64,000 nucleotides of DNA from an uncultured Chloroflexia bacterium (GTDB lineage: Bacteria; Chloroflexota; Limnocylindria; Limnocylindrales; CSP1-4): positions 32,001 to 96,000 of the forward strand of contig CAWHXD010000008.1 of NCBI GenBank assembly GCA_963833225.1, written 5' to 3'. This document shows, one piece after another, positions 49,120 to 59,134 of this stretch. The position numbers were made by a program, and so were the translations under genes. Numbering within the stretch: position 1 is the stretch's first letter; every line of letters begins with the position of its first letter. Below the pieces are notes generated by a model. It was not told where the DNA came from, did no database searches, and worked only from the letters and a program-made list of their open reading frames with translations.

Positions 49120-52051
49120 TCAAGTCCGCGGCGTTCTCCATGTGCGTGACCTCGAGGAACGCCCAGCGGCCCAGACCGCTCCAGTTGTTGATCGCCGGGG
49201 TCCAGAGGTCGCCGGCGGCCGCCACCTTGGCCTGCTTCTCCTTCTTCGCCTCGCCGGAGACCTCCAGCAGCAGGGTGAGGAGGTCGTCGTCGCCCCGTGA
49301 GGCGGGATCGCGCAGGCGGATGAGAAAGTCGGGCACGTAGTTGGCGGCGCGGCCCTCGTAGGTGTACGGGATCTTGAGGTTGAGGCCCTGGTTCTTCGCG
49401 TAGGCCACGACCTCGGGCATCTGCTCCAGCTTCTGGGCGAGCTCCGTCTCCCAGTGCGAGTCCTGGGCAACCTTGTTGATTGGGCTCTTGCCGGTGTCGA
49501 AGCAGACCTTCGTGGTCTCGAAGTACACGTCGTCGGTGGAGCCGATGGCGTCGTAGGGGCGCAGGATCGGGATCATCCGCTTCTCGCCGGGGGTGCCCAT
49601 GACGATGGCGCGGTGGACCTTCTCCGCCGCGGCGTGGCTCCACTCGGCCAGCAGGAGCAGCTGCGGGTAGGCACCGTCGCCGAGATACGGGATGACACAC
49701 TCGTCCAGCCAGCGCCGCGTGATCGTCGTCAGCTGCGGGAACAGCCAGGGGCGCTCGCCGCCTTCGGGGTCCCGGAAGTAGGTGTCCAGGGTCCGCTTAG
49801 CCACCGCGAACACGACCGTGTTGAGGCGCTGCTTGTCCAGCGGCAGCTCGAGCAGGTTCATCTCGCCCACGATCGGGTCCAGCTCGGTCTGCGTGGGGAC
49901 CTCGCGGGTGGAGAGCTCCAGGACGCTCTTCTCGTCGAACGTCGCTGTCAGGCGTTCGGCCGGCATCTCGTACCGGTAGCCGATGACGCGCGGGAACTCG
50001 ATTCGGAGGCTGGATCGCTCAGGCAGCGCGCGGACGGTCTGGATCGGCTTGGGCGCCCGCACGGTGCCGGGCTTCGTGGTCGTGAGGAAGGTGAAGGGCA
50101 CGCCCAGGACCTCGGCGTACTCGGGCTCGAACATGCCGTCGGGCGTGGGGTCGTAGCTCGCTCGGCGGAGCGCCCGGCCAACGACCTGCTCGCACAGGAG
50201 CTGCGTTCCGAACGCGCGGATGCCCAGGACGTGGGTGACGGTGTTGGCGTCCCAGCCCTCGGTGAGCATCGAGACCGACACCACGCAGCGGATGTCCGCG
50301 CCCAGCCGACCGGGCTTGCCGACGGTGTTGAGGACCTCGCGCAGGATGTCCTCGTCCTGGAGATCGTCGGCGCTGCGCCCCGGGAAGCGGGCGATGTACT
50401 CGCGCTTGAACTCCTCGATCTCGCGGGCGGCGGCCCTCTTGAACGCGGGGTCCAGGGCGTCGCCGCGGTCCAGCTGCATGGAGTCGATGAGGAGGCTCAC
50501 CGGGCGGTGGCGCCAGCGGTCGCCGTCCACGTTGCTGAACAGGGGGAGCTTGCCGGGCGCGGCGACGGTCTCACCGCCCTGGAGGGTACGGTCATAGCCC
50601 GCGATCCAGTCGTAGACGAGCTTGCTCACGCTGGTGTTCGAGCAGACGACGATGAACACCGGGGGCCGGCCCATGCCGGCGCCTTCCCATTCGTCGTACG
50701 AGCGCTGGTAGTCGCCGTAGAGGCTCTCGAGCGCGCCTTCGAGCACCTTGGGCAGCGTGGGGTCACCCTCGCCGACGGTCGTGTCCTTGAGGCCCTTGCG
50801 TGGGAGCCCGTCGCGCACATGGACCCACAGGTCGCGGTACTTGGGCAGGTCACCGACCATCGAGTCGTCCGAGACGGGCACGCGGGGGATCTTGACGATG
50901 CCGGATTCGATGGCGTCCATCAGTCCGAAGTCGCTCACGACCCACGGGAACAGGGTGCCCTCCGGATAGCCGGATCCTTTCAGGAAGAAGGGCGTCGCGG
51001 AGACGTCAAAGATGCTGCGGATGCCGATCTTGTCGCGGACGGCCTTGAGGCCGTCAAACCAGACCCGTGCCTCCTCGGCGTTCTTGCGCGCCTCCGTGCG
51101 CTCGTCGGCGTCCAGGCCGCCCTCCGCCGCCTCCTCGGGTGGCGCCGGCGTGTAGCAGTGGTGCGCCTCGTCGTTGAGGACCACGATGTCCTTGGCGGTG
51201 CCGAACACGCGGCAGACGCGGCGGACCATCTCGCCCGGCGTCTCCTTGAAGCGCTCCAGGTCCCCGCCGGGGCCCGCCAGGATCTTCTTCGTCAGCGCGG
51301 CTGCCTGCTCCTTCTCGCGGCGGATCAAGGCGTGGTAGTTGGTGATCTCGATGGTCGCCGACTGGAGGCGGTCCAGCTGCTCCGGCGTCACGATGTCCAT
51401 CGAGCGGAAGAAGGTCTGGGGGTCGTTGGGGAGCAGGACGCGGAGGCGGTCGCGGATCGTGATGCCCGGGGTCACGATCAGGAAACGGTGGGCAAAGCGC
51501 TTGTCGTACGGGTCCGCGAGCTTGTTGAGGGCCTGCCAGGCGATGAGCATCGCCATCACGACGGTCTTGCCCGAGCCCGTGGCCATCTTGAAGGCCAGTC
51601 TCGGCAGGCCGGCGTTCAGGCGCACGTTCTCCTGCCGGATCACGTTGAGGGCCTTGGTGTCGCCGATCTTCTCCGCGGCTTCGGTGAGGTAGATCGCTGT
51701 CTCCGCCGCCTCCACCTGGCAGAAGAACAGGCGGCGCTCACGATCATCCGCCCGCCAGTGCGCAAGCAGATCCTTCGTGATCGCCGTGGTGTGCGGGTAG
51801 CCCTGGAGGCGCCACCGGGAGACGGCCTGGCGGACCTCGTTGACGATCTCGTTCTGCTGCTGTCGGGTCCCGCCGCCGAACTGGATCGCCAGCTGCGCCG
51901 ATGCCTTCTTGGGCTTCGCGACCGGGACGAAGAATTCTGAGGCGCGGCGCCTGGGCTCGATGTCCCCGCTGACCAGGCCGTCGACCACCCGGAAGTGCTT
52001 CGCGGGCTCCACGAACGGCGAGTTGATGACGGGGTTGTCGATGGTGGTCAT
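49079..52051 (-). CDS. Type III RM restriction subunit (SF2 helicase + PD-(D/E)xK nuclease)
   Basis: MATGSGKT, NDEAHH, SATP, MLTEGWD, QVVGRALRR and C-terminal YVPDF..LEVSG. Confidence 0.92.
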   Translation of the reverse strand: MTTIDNPVINSPFVEPAKHFRVVDGLVSGDIEPRRRASEFFVPVAKPKKASAQLAIQFGGGTRQQQNEIVNEVRQAVSRWRLQGYPHTTAITKDLLAHWRADDRERRLFFCQVEAAETAIYLTEAAEKIGDTKALNVIRQENVRLNAGLPRLAFKMATGSGKTVVMAMLIAWQALNKLADPYDKRFAHRFLIVTPGITIRDRLRVLLPNDPQTFFRSMDIVTPEQLDRLQSATIEITNYHALIRREKEQAAALTKKILAGPGGDLERFKETPGEMVRRVCRVFGTAKDIVVLNDEAHHCYTPAPPEEAAEGGLDADERTEARKNAEEARVWFDGLKAVRDKIGIRSIFDVSATPFFLKGSGYPEGTLFPWVVSDFGLMDAIESGIVKIPRVPVSDDSMVGDLPKYRDLWVHVRDGLPRKGLKDTTVGEGDPTLPKVLEGALESLYGDYQRSYDEWEGAGMGRPPVFIVVCSNTSVSKLVYDWIAGYDRTLQGGETVAAPGKLPLFSNVDGDRWRHRPVSLLIDSMQLDRGDALDPAFKRAAAREIEEFKREYIARFPGRSADDLQDEDILREVLNTVGKPGRLGADIRCVVSVSMLTEGWDANTVTHVLGIRAFGTQLLCEQVVGRALRRASYDPTPDGMFEPEYAEVLGVPFTFLTTTKPGTVRAPKPIQTVRALPERSSLRIEFPRVIGYRYEMPAERLTATFDEKSVLELSTREVPTQTELDPIVGEMNLLELPLDKQRLNTVVFAVAKRTLDTYFRDPEGGERPWLFPQLTTITRRWLDECVIPYLGDGAYPQLLLLAEWSHAAAEKVHRAIVMGTPGEKRMIPILRPYDAIGSTDDVYFETTKVCFDTGKSPINKVAQDSHWETELAQKLEQMPEVVAYAKNQGLNLKIPYTYEGRAANYVPDFLIRLRDPASRGDDDLLTLLLEVSGEAKKEKQAKVAAAGDLWTPAINNWSGLGRWAFLEVTHMENAADLIRSRFLAPAKAQL

Positions 52052-52293
52052 CCGGGCACTTCGGAGTCGAAGCAGCCGCGCTTCCAGACGTCGGCGAAGC
52101 CGTCGCCCCCACCGGCCTTCTCCACCCGGCGCTCAAAGGCGTAGGCCTCGCCGGTGGGGTCGGCCTCCATCGGCCCGGGCTCCCCCACCATCGCGCACAC
52201 GTCGAGGAAGTGGCTCTGGGCGGAGGCCTTCTCGGTGGTGGTGACGCCGCGCCAGCGGGCGGCGAAGGCGGCTGGCGTCAGGGTCGGGGGCAT
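52048..52293 (-). pseudogene. N-terminal fragment of MmeI-like (type IIL) RM enzyme
   Basis: TPAAFAARW..EKASAQSHFLDVC..ADPTGEAYAFER..DGFADVWKRGCF, then stops where (W)EYK is expected. Confidence 0.8.
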
Positions 52294-52514
52294 GTCCCGT
52301 CCCCCTCAGGCCGCGCTCGCGTCGGCATCCTGCCCGTGTGCCCTCCCTGTGCCGGCTGGTGGTCCGACTCCCCTACTCTACGCCGCCGGGGTGGCGAGGC
52401 GCTCGGTCGGGTCACCAGGAATGCGACTGTCGTTCAACACGGGTTCGGCCCACGGGCCGACCGCCGCCGTGCCACCATGTCCGCGCCCAGGATGCGCAGC
52501 TACAGGGACGCAGG

Positions 52515-53447
52515 ATGGAAGTCGAGCCGCAGCCGCAGTCCGCTGGACCCTCAGCGGAGCCCGATCGAGCGGCCGCACCGCCCCAGTCGCCAGGGTCGCC
52601 TGAGGCGCCCGCGCCGATCTCCGGTGGGTTCGCTGATGGACGGTCGGCCGGCGTGATTGAGCCCCCGCCAGGCACGCCGCTGCCGCCTGCAGCAGGCGCT
52701 GGGCTGGGCTGGGCAGTTCCGACGCCCGCGCCGGCGGCCCCCGCAGGTCCGGTCCGCACCGTCGTCATCCCAATGGTGGCGCTCGCCGCGGCGATGCTCA
52801 TCGCCGGCTGGTCGGCCTACCGCGTCAAGGGGCCGCCGTCCGATGACTACGCGGTCGGCTACCTGCTCGGGTCAATCGCCGGCGTGTTGCTCGTCGCGGG
52901 AATCGCGCTGGTCATCGCCCGCAAGGTCATCGGGCGCGCCTTCCCCGCCCGGTACCGCCTCATCGCGGCGGTCACTGCGCTCGTGCTGACAATCATGACC
53001 AGTGCCGCCAGCATTGGTGCGGCGATTCGCCCACCCGCGGATCCGGCCGCCGCCATGGTCATCGCAGCCCCGTACTCACTGTCCCCGGCCAGCGCGGAGA
53101 TCGAGCAGGAGTTCCGCGCGATTTCGGACGGCGGGAATCAGCTTGTCGCCGTCAGGCTGGTGACCGACGAGACCGGCACCACGGTGGCGATCCTCGTGGC
53201 CACCCCCGGTGCCCAGACGCCCGAGTTCTGGGCGGGCCTCGACCGCGGGTTCGCCGACGCGGTCGGCGACGGCGCCGTCACGCCCACCACGTTCCACGGT
53301 CAGGAGGCTCGAGAGGTCCAGGGGAATGGCGTTGCCGCGATGGCGTGGATCGGCTCGGACGAGCTGCTCGTGGTGGTCTACGCGGACTCGAACGCCATGG
53401 CCCTGTCAGTGGCGGAAGCACAGGTCCGCGCCGTCGGCACCAGGTAG
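52515..53447 (+). CDS. Membrane protein (Pro-rich N-terminus, 3 TM, extracellular domain)
   Basis: Hydrophobic segments and coding-like codon usage. Confidence 0.7.
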   Translation: MEVEPQPQSAGPSAEPDRAAAPPQSPGSPEAPAPISGGFADGRSAGVIEPPPGTPLPPAAGAGLGWAVPTPAPAAPAGPVRTVVIPMVALAAAMLIAGWSAYRVKGPPSDDYAVGYLLGSIAGVLLVAGIALVIARKVIGRAFPARYRLIAAVTALVLTIMTSAASIGAAIRPPADPAAAMVIAAPYSLSPASAEIEQEFRAISDGGNQLVAVRLVTDETGTTVAILVATPGAQTPEFWAGLDRGFADAVGDGAVTPTTFHGQEAREVQGNGVAAMAWIGSDELLVVVYADSNAMALSVAEAQVRAVGTR

Positions 53448-53566
53448 GAGCGGGCCGCAGACCGGAGGGCGGCGACAGTCGGCGCGGGGAGCCTGGCGTT
53501 GCTATCGTTCGTAGCGGCGTCCGTCAATCAGGTACTGCGGGGCAGTGCCGGGACAGAGGGGGAACG

Positions 53567-55744
53567 ATGCGTCGCTTCACGGTCTTGTTGGCCGCCTTCA
53601 TGCTGTCGTTCTCCGCCGGAGCCCCAGGATCGGCGCTGGTGCCGTTCGCGTCCGCCCATGACCCGGTGGTGCTGGGTGATCCTGCCGGCTCGCCCGGACC
53701 CCTGCCGCCAGCGGTGGGGGCGGATGTTCCGGCCGTCGTGAGCGGCAGCCCGGACCTCCAGCCAGCGACCGCTCCGGCCGCGGGGGCGGCGCCGACGGAC
53801 ATCACGCCGACCGTGTCCTGGGTCTACCAGTTCAACAACGGCACGTACATCGTCGGCCAGCCGACGCAGGTGTACGGCGTCGTGAGCCCGACGCCCGACG
53901 GCGGAACCATGACGCTGTACGTCGACGGCGTCGCCACCGACACCGAGCCGTGGGTCTCTGGGCTCACGGGCCTGAACTGGACGCCGGCCTCCACCGGCAC
54001 CCACGACGTCGCGGTCACGTACAGCGGCACGGCCGCCTACGGGCCCTCCTCGGGCACCGAGATCGCCACGGTCATCCCGCCGTTTCCGAGCGTCCACCTG
54101 TCGGTCAATCCATCGACCGTGACCCGGAACCATCCGGTCACCCTCACGCTCGCCGTGACCCCGGATCCGGGGGTTGGGGAGGTCGCCTTCGAGATCGATG
54201 ACACGATCGTCGCGACCGTCGCGCTGGATGCTGGGACGGCGACCTTCGACGCCTCGATCAGCGACGTTGGGCAGCACTACGTCGTGGCCAGGTTCCTGGG
54301 CAACGAGAGCTGGTCCACGCAGTCGGACGCCGCATGGATCTGGGTGACCGGCGACGTCACCACGATCAGCATGGACCTGCCGACGCAGCCGATCCCGCCT
54401 GGACCGCGAACCGTCCACGTCACGCTCGACCCGGATCCCGGGGAAGGCGTGGTCCAGTGGAGTCTCTACCCCTCGGCGCAGTCAGGGGAGGTACCGATTG
54501 GCCCCGGTGGCGCGGCCCAGATCGACCTGACAGAGCTCTCGGTCGGCGACTACATCCTGGATATCATCTATCCGGGTTCCGACATCCGGCAGCGGACCAC
54601 GTCGAGCGTCAGGTTCAAGGTGCGCCCCGCCACCACGACGACGCTGACCACGGATCGGACCGTGGCGTACGTTGGTGAGGCGGCGCCGGTGCTGAAGGCG
54701 TTCGTGACCACCGCGGACAGCTGCACCGACGGCACCCTGACGATCATGGACGACGCCGGTTCGGGGCCTGTCGAGCTGGCCACACCGACGGCGTCCATCT
54801 GCGCGGCCGATGGCATGGGCTACACCTACGTGACGAACGCCCTTGCCATCGGCACGCACAACATCACGGCACGGTTTGACGGCGGTACGGGCCTCGCACC
54901 CTCGACCAGCGAGCCGGTGGTGATCACGGTCAGCCCGGACACGGCCGTCCACGCGTCGTTCAAGCCGTCGTCGGCAAAGGTCTTCGCGTACCGGGACGGG
55001 TACCGGGACACGGTCACCCTGGGTGGCAAGCTCGATGAGCTGGCGAACGTGACCATCCGCATCTACACCAGCGGTGGATCGCTGAAGCGGACCTGGAAGC
55101 TGGGCAGCAAGGATGCCGGCTCCTACGGCGTCAAGTGGAACGGCACGACATCGAGCGGATCGAGGGTGGCGGCGGGCAAGTACACCGCCAAGGCCACCTT
55201 CAAGGATGCCCTCGGGCATACCAGAACGATCACCGGCAAGGTGACCGTCAGCTGGCGACAGGCGGCGTGGAAGACGGGCACCGTGATCACGAAGTACGGC
55301 GACCAGTTCGCCTACTACGCCAACGAGACCACGGGACACCTGTTCAAGAGCCCCGACTACCCTCGAGGGCGGACGATGGACGCGGGCGAGATGGATCGCA
55401 ATTGCGATCCCTGCGCCTTCATCTACGGCGTGCGAGCGTTCCAGCTCAACACCAAGGTGATCGCGTACCGGAAGATCTACGCGACGCTCTACGGCCATGG
55501 CTACACCGACCGGGACCACCCGGGCACCGGGTATGCCGTCGACCCCAAGACCGGCGCCTGGGAACACGGAACGCCGCTGCCCGAGTACATGCAGAGCGGG
55601 GTCACCCACAACATCACCATCCCGGCGTCGTACGTGGACAGCTCCGACCGGGTAAAGGTCGTGCTCTACATGACGCAGAAGTGGGGCGACGCATGGGACG
55701 TTCACGCCCTGAAGCTGCACTACCAGTACGCGGTCTGGAAGTAG
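53567..55744 (+). CDS. Secreted Ig-like repeat protein with FlgD-Ig-type domain
   Basis: Signal peptide, repeated GxHxxxAxYxG Ig-like units and WNGT..GKY FlgD-like motif. Confidence 0.82.
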   Translation: MRRFTVLLAAFMLSFSAGAPGSALVPFASAHDPVVLGDPAGSPGPLPPAVGADVPAVVSGSPDLQPATAPAAGAAPTDITPTVSWVYQFNNGTYIVGQPTQVYGVVSPTPDGGTMTLYVDGVATDTEPWVSGLTGLNWTPASTGTHDVAVTYSGTAAYGPSSGTEIATVIPPFPSVHLSVNPSTVTRNHPVTLTLAVTPDPGVGEVAFEIDDTIVATVALDAGTATFDASISDVGQHYVVARFLGNESWSTQSDAAWIWVTGDVTTISMDLPTQPIPPGPRTVHVTLDPDPGEGVVQWSLYPSAQSGEVPIGPGGAAQIDLTELSVGDYILDIIYPGSDIRQRTTSSVRFKVRPATTTTLTTDRTVAYVGEAAPVLKAFVTTADSCTDGTLTIMDDAGSGPVELATPTASICAADGMGYTYVTNALAIGTHNITARFDGGTGLAPSTSEPVVITVSPDTAVHASFKPSSAKVFAYRDGYRDTVTLGGKLDELANVTIRIYTSGGSLKRTWKLGSKDAGSYGVKWNGTTSSGSRVAAGKYTAKATFKDALGHTRTITGKVTVSWRQAAWKTGTVITKYGDQFAYYANETTGHLFKSPDYPRGRTMDAGEMDRNCDPCAFIYGVRAFQLNTKVIAYRKIYATLYGHGYTDRDHPGTGYAVDPKTGAWEHGTPLPEYMQSGVTHNITIPASYVDSSDRVKVVLYMTQKWGDAWDVHALKLHYQYAVWK

Positions 55745-55913
55745 GTCGTTGCTGCGGGCAAGCGAGTCGATCGGAGCTTGGACAGATCTGGCGGAACCGA
55801 CGCAGCAAGCCGCGACTTGCCTGTCGGGGTATCGCGACGCCATTGGGTAGAGTCGCGCGACCTCACACAGTAGACTCGAGGACCAGCCATCCCCGCCCCC
55901 TGGAGGTGCGTTC

Positions 55914-56637
55914 ATGACCATGGAGTACGTCTCCCTGCCCGGTGAGTCCGCTCCGCCCGTTCCCGACGGGCCGAAGCTGTGCAACGGCGACGACATGCGC
56001 ATCCTGCACAACGCGTTCCTGTGGGCATACGCAGAGGCACCCGGACTCGTGCGCGGCGCCCCCGGCGGTGACGTGGCGCGCAGCGAGTTCCTCGGCCAGT
56101 GGCTCGCCGATCTCGACGCGACGCTGCACACGCATCACGAGAGCGAGGACGAGCTCCTGTGGGGCAAGCTCGAGCAGCGCGCTCCCGCCTGCGCGCTCCA
56201 CGTCGGCCAGATGCGCGCGCACCACGCGCAGGTCGCGGGATTGCTCGAGGAGGCGAGCCCGCTCCTCGCCCGATGGCGCGCGACGGCCGACCCGGCGGTC
56301 GGTGAACAGCTGGCCGATGCCTACGAGCGGATGCTCGAGGTGCTGAAGGTGCATCTCCGCCGTGAGGTGGTGGAGGTCGTCCCGGTCGCCGAGCGGGTGA
56401 TGTCACCAGGCAGAGTGGTCGGCGATGGGCGACCACAGTGTCGGGGCGATCCCGAAGAGTCGACTCCTGCCGCAACTCGGGATGCTGCTCGCGAACTCGA
56501 CGCCGGCGGACCGCAAGGCCTTCTACGCGGGCACGCCCCTGTCCGTGAAGGTCCTCTGGCGCCTCGTCGGCAAGCGCCAGTACGCGAAGCAGTTCCAGCA
56601 GCTGTTCCCGGGCAGGTCCGTCCCACCGACCCTCTGA
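55914..56637 (+). CDS. Hemerythrin-like domain protein, frameshift near 56410
   Basis: H..HHESED..H..HLRRE metal-ligand pattern. The C-terminus (GDHS..KRQY) is in the next frame. Confidence 0.8.
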
Positions 56638-56780
56638 CGTGTACCTGCATGAGCCTCGATGACCTGATCCGTTCCGGCGAGGTCTCACGGCCGGGTGGGT
56701 GCGGCGACGCATCTTGACGCCAGGCGGGCGTCGGCAGACGATGAGCTCGCCCATGGACCACGACCGCCGGAGGGCTTGAG

Positions 56781-57020
56781 ATGCTCGAGGGATCACTCTG
56801 GGCGACTCGCCACGCCCTGTGGGAGGAGGAGCAGCGCAAGGCGGAAGAGACCGAGGCGCTCGACGCCACGCGGCACCGACTGGACGCTGACGAGGAGGAG
56901 GCCTTCGCCACTCGGCATGCCAAGGGGCGGCGTGCGCTGCGGAAGCCTGAGGCCGCCGGTTCGCGAGATGACGCTGTCCAGGCTCAGGGCGGCACCGCGC
57001 GGAGTCGGGCGAACAAGTAG
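56781..57020 (+). CDS. Small charged hypothetical protein
   Basis: GGAGGG SD, 79-aa Glu/Arg-rich ORF. Confidence 0.45.
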   Translation: MLEGSLWATRHALWEEEQRKAEETEALDATRHRLDADEEEAFATRHAKGRRALRKPEAAGSRDDAVQAQGGTARSRANK

Positions 57021-57068
57021 GCGAGGACCGCAATTGCGCGGATCCCGTCAGCGCTCGATCCTCCTCAG

Positions 57069-57683
57069 ATGAAGATCTTCTTCCGCTCGACGGCTTCTGA
57101 CCGGCAGTCGCGCGGACGCGTCGTGGCGTCGTGGTTCTTCATCGCGGCCACTGCCGCCGCGAGCCTGTCCGCCTGCGGCGGCTATTGGCCGCCTCCGAGT
57201 CCGACGACGTCGTTCCGCCCGGAGATCATCGGCGTCGCCACGGACGTGACATCGCTCGAATGCGGCGTCTCGAGGGTCGTGCTCGAAAGCGGAGACCAGG
57301 TCGATCTCGACCTGGTCGGGAGCTCGCTCGACTACGACACGCCGTGCCCGGAGACTGACTCGCCGTCGGCTTGGCGGGCCTTCGGCGACAACCACGCGGA
57401 CACGGCCGCGGATCGCCTGTTCTTCTACGGCCACGACACGAGTGGCGGCGCCTGGTATGGGTGGGCGACACCGACGGAGGGCTGCGACGCCGGAACCTAC
57501 GGCATCGGCGTGGGTGCGTGGGACGAGGGCGGGTCCTTCCACCTTCCGAAGGGGGTCGTGCTCGACAAGGCCACCGACTTCCGCGCGGCCGACACGGCCC
57601 GGGCGTTCGTGACCGCTGACGGCGAATTGTGCGTCAACGTCGCGGGAGCCGTCACGGCGACTTGGGAGCCGCCGGTTCTCTGA
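57069..57683 (+). CDS. Putative lipoprotein
   Basis: Hydrophobic stretch ending in lipobox LSAC; additional Cys residues in the mature part. Confidence 0.6.
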   Translation: MKIFFRSTASDRQSRGRVVASWFFIAATAAASLSACGGYWPPPSPTTSFRPEIIGVATDVTSLECGVSRVVLESGDQVDLDLVGSSLDYDTPCPETDSPSAWRAFGDNHADTAADRLFFYGHDTSGGAWYGWATPTEGCDAGTYGIGVGAWDEGGSFHLPKGVVLDKATDFRAADTARAFVTADGELCVNVAGAVTATWEPPVL

Positions 57684-57698
57684 TGCTCGAACGCCTCT

Positions 57699-58049
57699 TC
57701 AGTGGACAGCCGACATGCCGGCGATCGTGAGCCAGAGCATCAGTGCCAGGGCGACGGCCGGGACCACCAGCCCGCCGATCAGTGCGGCGATCGACACGCT
57801 CCGGGCATGAGCTTCGCGCATCACGCGAGCCGGCGCGCTCGGGGGCTGCGCCGCCCAGACCCAGATGAGCACGATGACGGCGATCATGCCGAGCACGCTG
57901 CCGAAGAAGGACAGGACCGCCGCTCCGACGCGGTCGACGGTCGGCCCGGCCAGCCACGGCTGGTCGAGAGGCACGTAGATCCGGGGATCCGGGGGCGGCG
58001 GCGGGCCGAGCGGATCGGGCCCAGGCGATGCGGCAGGCGGCAGGGTCAA
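57699..58049 (-). CDS. Small membrane protein
   Basis: Pro-rich start and two TM helices; start uncertain. Confidence 0.55.
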   Translation of the reverse strand: MTLPPAASPGPDPLGPPPPPDPRIYVPLDQPWLAGPTVDRVGAAVLSFFGSVLGMIAVIVLIWVWAAQPPSAPARVMREAHARSVSIAALIGGLVVPAVALALMLWLTIAGMSAVH

Positions 58050-58195
58050 CGATCGGTCCCCCACGTTTGTGCTGCGCGGACGGCTCCGCGCCGGCCCCCA
58101 CACTCTCGCCACGGGTCGCGGGACATGTCAAGGTCGTCAGCGCCCCTTCTCGTGGATCGCTCAAGATGCCACCTATGTATGGTACCGTGGGTGGC

Positions 58196-58522
58196 ATGGA
58201 GAAGACGACGATCTACCTGACGACCGAGCAGAAGGCGGCGCTAGCGGCCGCGGCACGGGAGCAGGGGCGCAGCGAGGCTCGCCTCATCCGCGACGGGATC
58301 GATGGCGTTCTCTCCGGGCGTCGGGTCGGCGAGACGGCGACCCCGCTGTCGAGCGTGCCGCCGCCGGTTGACGCGGCCCACGATGACCGACTCGCCCGGC
58401 CGCGCTGGGTGAGCCGCGAGACCTTCGTGCGGCAGCTCATCCCAGCTCAGGCCGATGCGGCGCTGCGCGCGGAGCTGCGCGACCTCGCTCCGGACCTGAC
58501 CGACGAGTCCCCTACCCGATGA
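58196..58522 (+). CDS. RHH/CopG-type antitoxin
   Basis: MEKTTIYL..GRSEARLIRDGID; ATGA overlap with the toxin; inverted repeat ATGCCACC/GGTGGCAT across the promoter. Confidence 0.85.
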   Translation: MEKTTIYLTTEQKAALAAAAREQGRSEARLIRDGIDGVLSGRRVGETATPLSSVPPPVDAAHDDRLARPRWVSRETFVRQLIPAQADAALRAELRDLAPDLTDESPTR

Positions 58523-58905
58523 CCGACGGCCTCGCGGACACCAGCCTGTTCATCGCCCACGAGACCGGCCGGCCGCTCCGAACGGAGGCCCTGCCGGATC
58601 GGCTCGCGGTGTCGGTCATCACCATCGGCGAGCTGCGCGTCGGCGTCCTCGCTGCGCTCGACGTGGCGACCCGAGACCGGCGGCTCGGGACGCTGACGGC
58701 CGCGCTCGCTCTCGAGCCTGTTGCGGTCGACGAGGGGGTCGCCGCCGCGTGGGCTCGGCTCCGCGTCGACCTTCGCGATCGGGGCCTGCGGATGCGGGTC
58801 AACGACTCCTGGATCGCGGCGACAGCCATCGCCCTGGGCGTCCCGGTCGTCACCCAGGACGACGACTACGTGGAGCTGCCGGGCCTGGCCGTCATCCACG
58901 TCTGA
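58519..58905 (+). CDS. vapC: PIN-domain (VapC) toxin
   Basis: LADTSLFIA, TIGELRVG, NDSWIAATA and VTQDDD. Confidence 0.92.
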   Translation: MTDGLADTSLFIAHETGRPLRTEALPDRLAVSVITIGELRVGVLAALDVATRDRRLGTLTAALALEPVAVDEGVAAAWARLRVDLRDRGLRMRVNDSWIAATAIALGVPVVTQDDDYVELPGLAVIHV

Positions 58906-58907
58906 GC

Positions 58908-58927
58908 ATGATACCGGCTGGTATCAT
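58908..58927. promoter_or_regulatory. Palindromic operator overlapping -10 of the antitoxin-Doc operon
   Basis: ATGATACC-GGCT-GGTATCAT; TATCAT lies 6 nt before the ATG. Confidence 0.8.
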
Positions 58928-58933
58928 CTGGCA

Positions 58934-59134
58934 ATGCCGATGACACTCCGCCTCACACCCGAGGAGACCGAGGCGCTTCGCGAGACCGCGCGCCGCGAGC
59001 ACCGCTCCATGCAGGCGGTCGCCCGCGAGGCGATCGCTGTGTACGTAGCGAGCCGGACCCGGCGCCGGGACGAGCACCTCGTCCGGATCGTGGCCGAGGA
59101 CGCCGAGCTCTTGCGACGCCTCGGCAGCATGTGA
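58934..59134 (+). CDS. RHH-type antitoxin
   Basis: MPMTLRLT..EHRSMQAVAREAI..ELLRRLG; GTGA overlap with Doc. Confidence 0.85.
   Translation: MPMTLRLTPEETEALRETARREHRSMQAVAREAIAVYVASRTRRRDEHLVRIVAEDAELLRRLGSM

Noticed and set aside
56640-56717. Short MSLDDLIRSGEVSRPG stretch resembling a nucleotidyltransferase C-terminus
   Set aside because: Too short to support by eye; at most a gene remnant.
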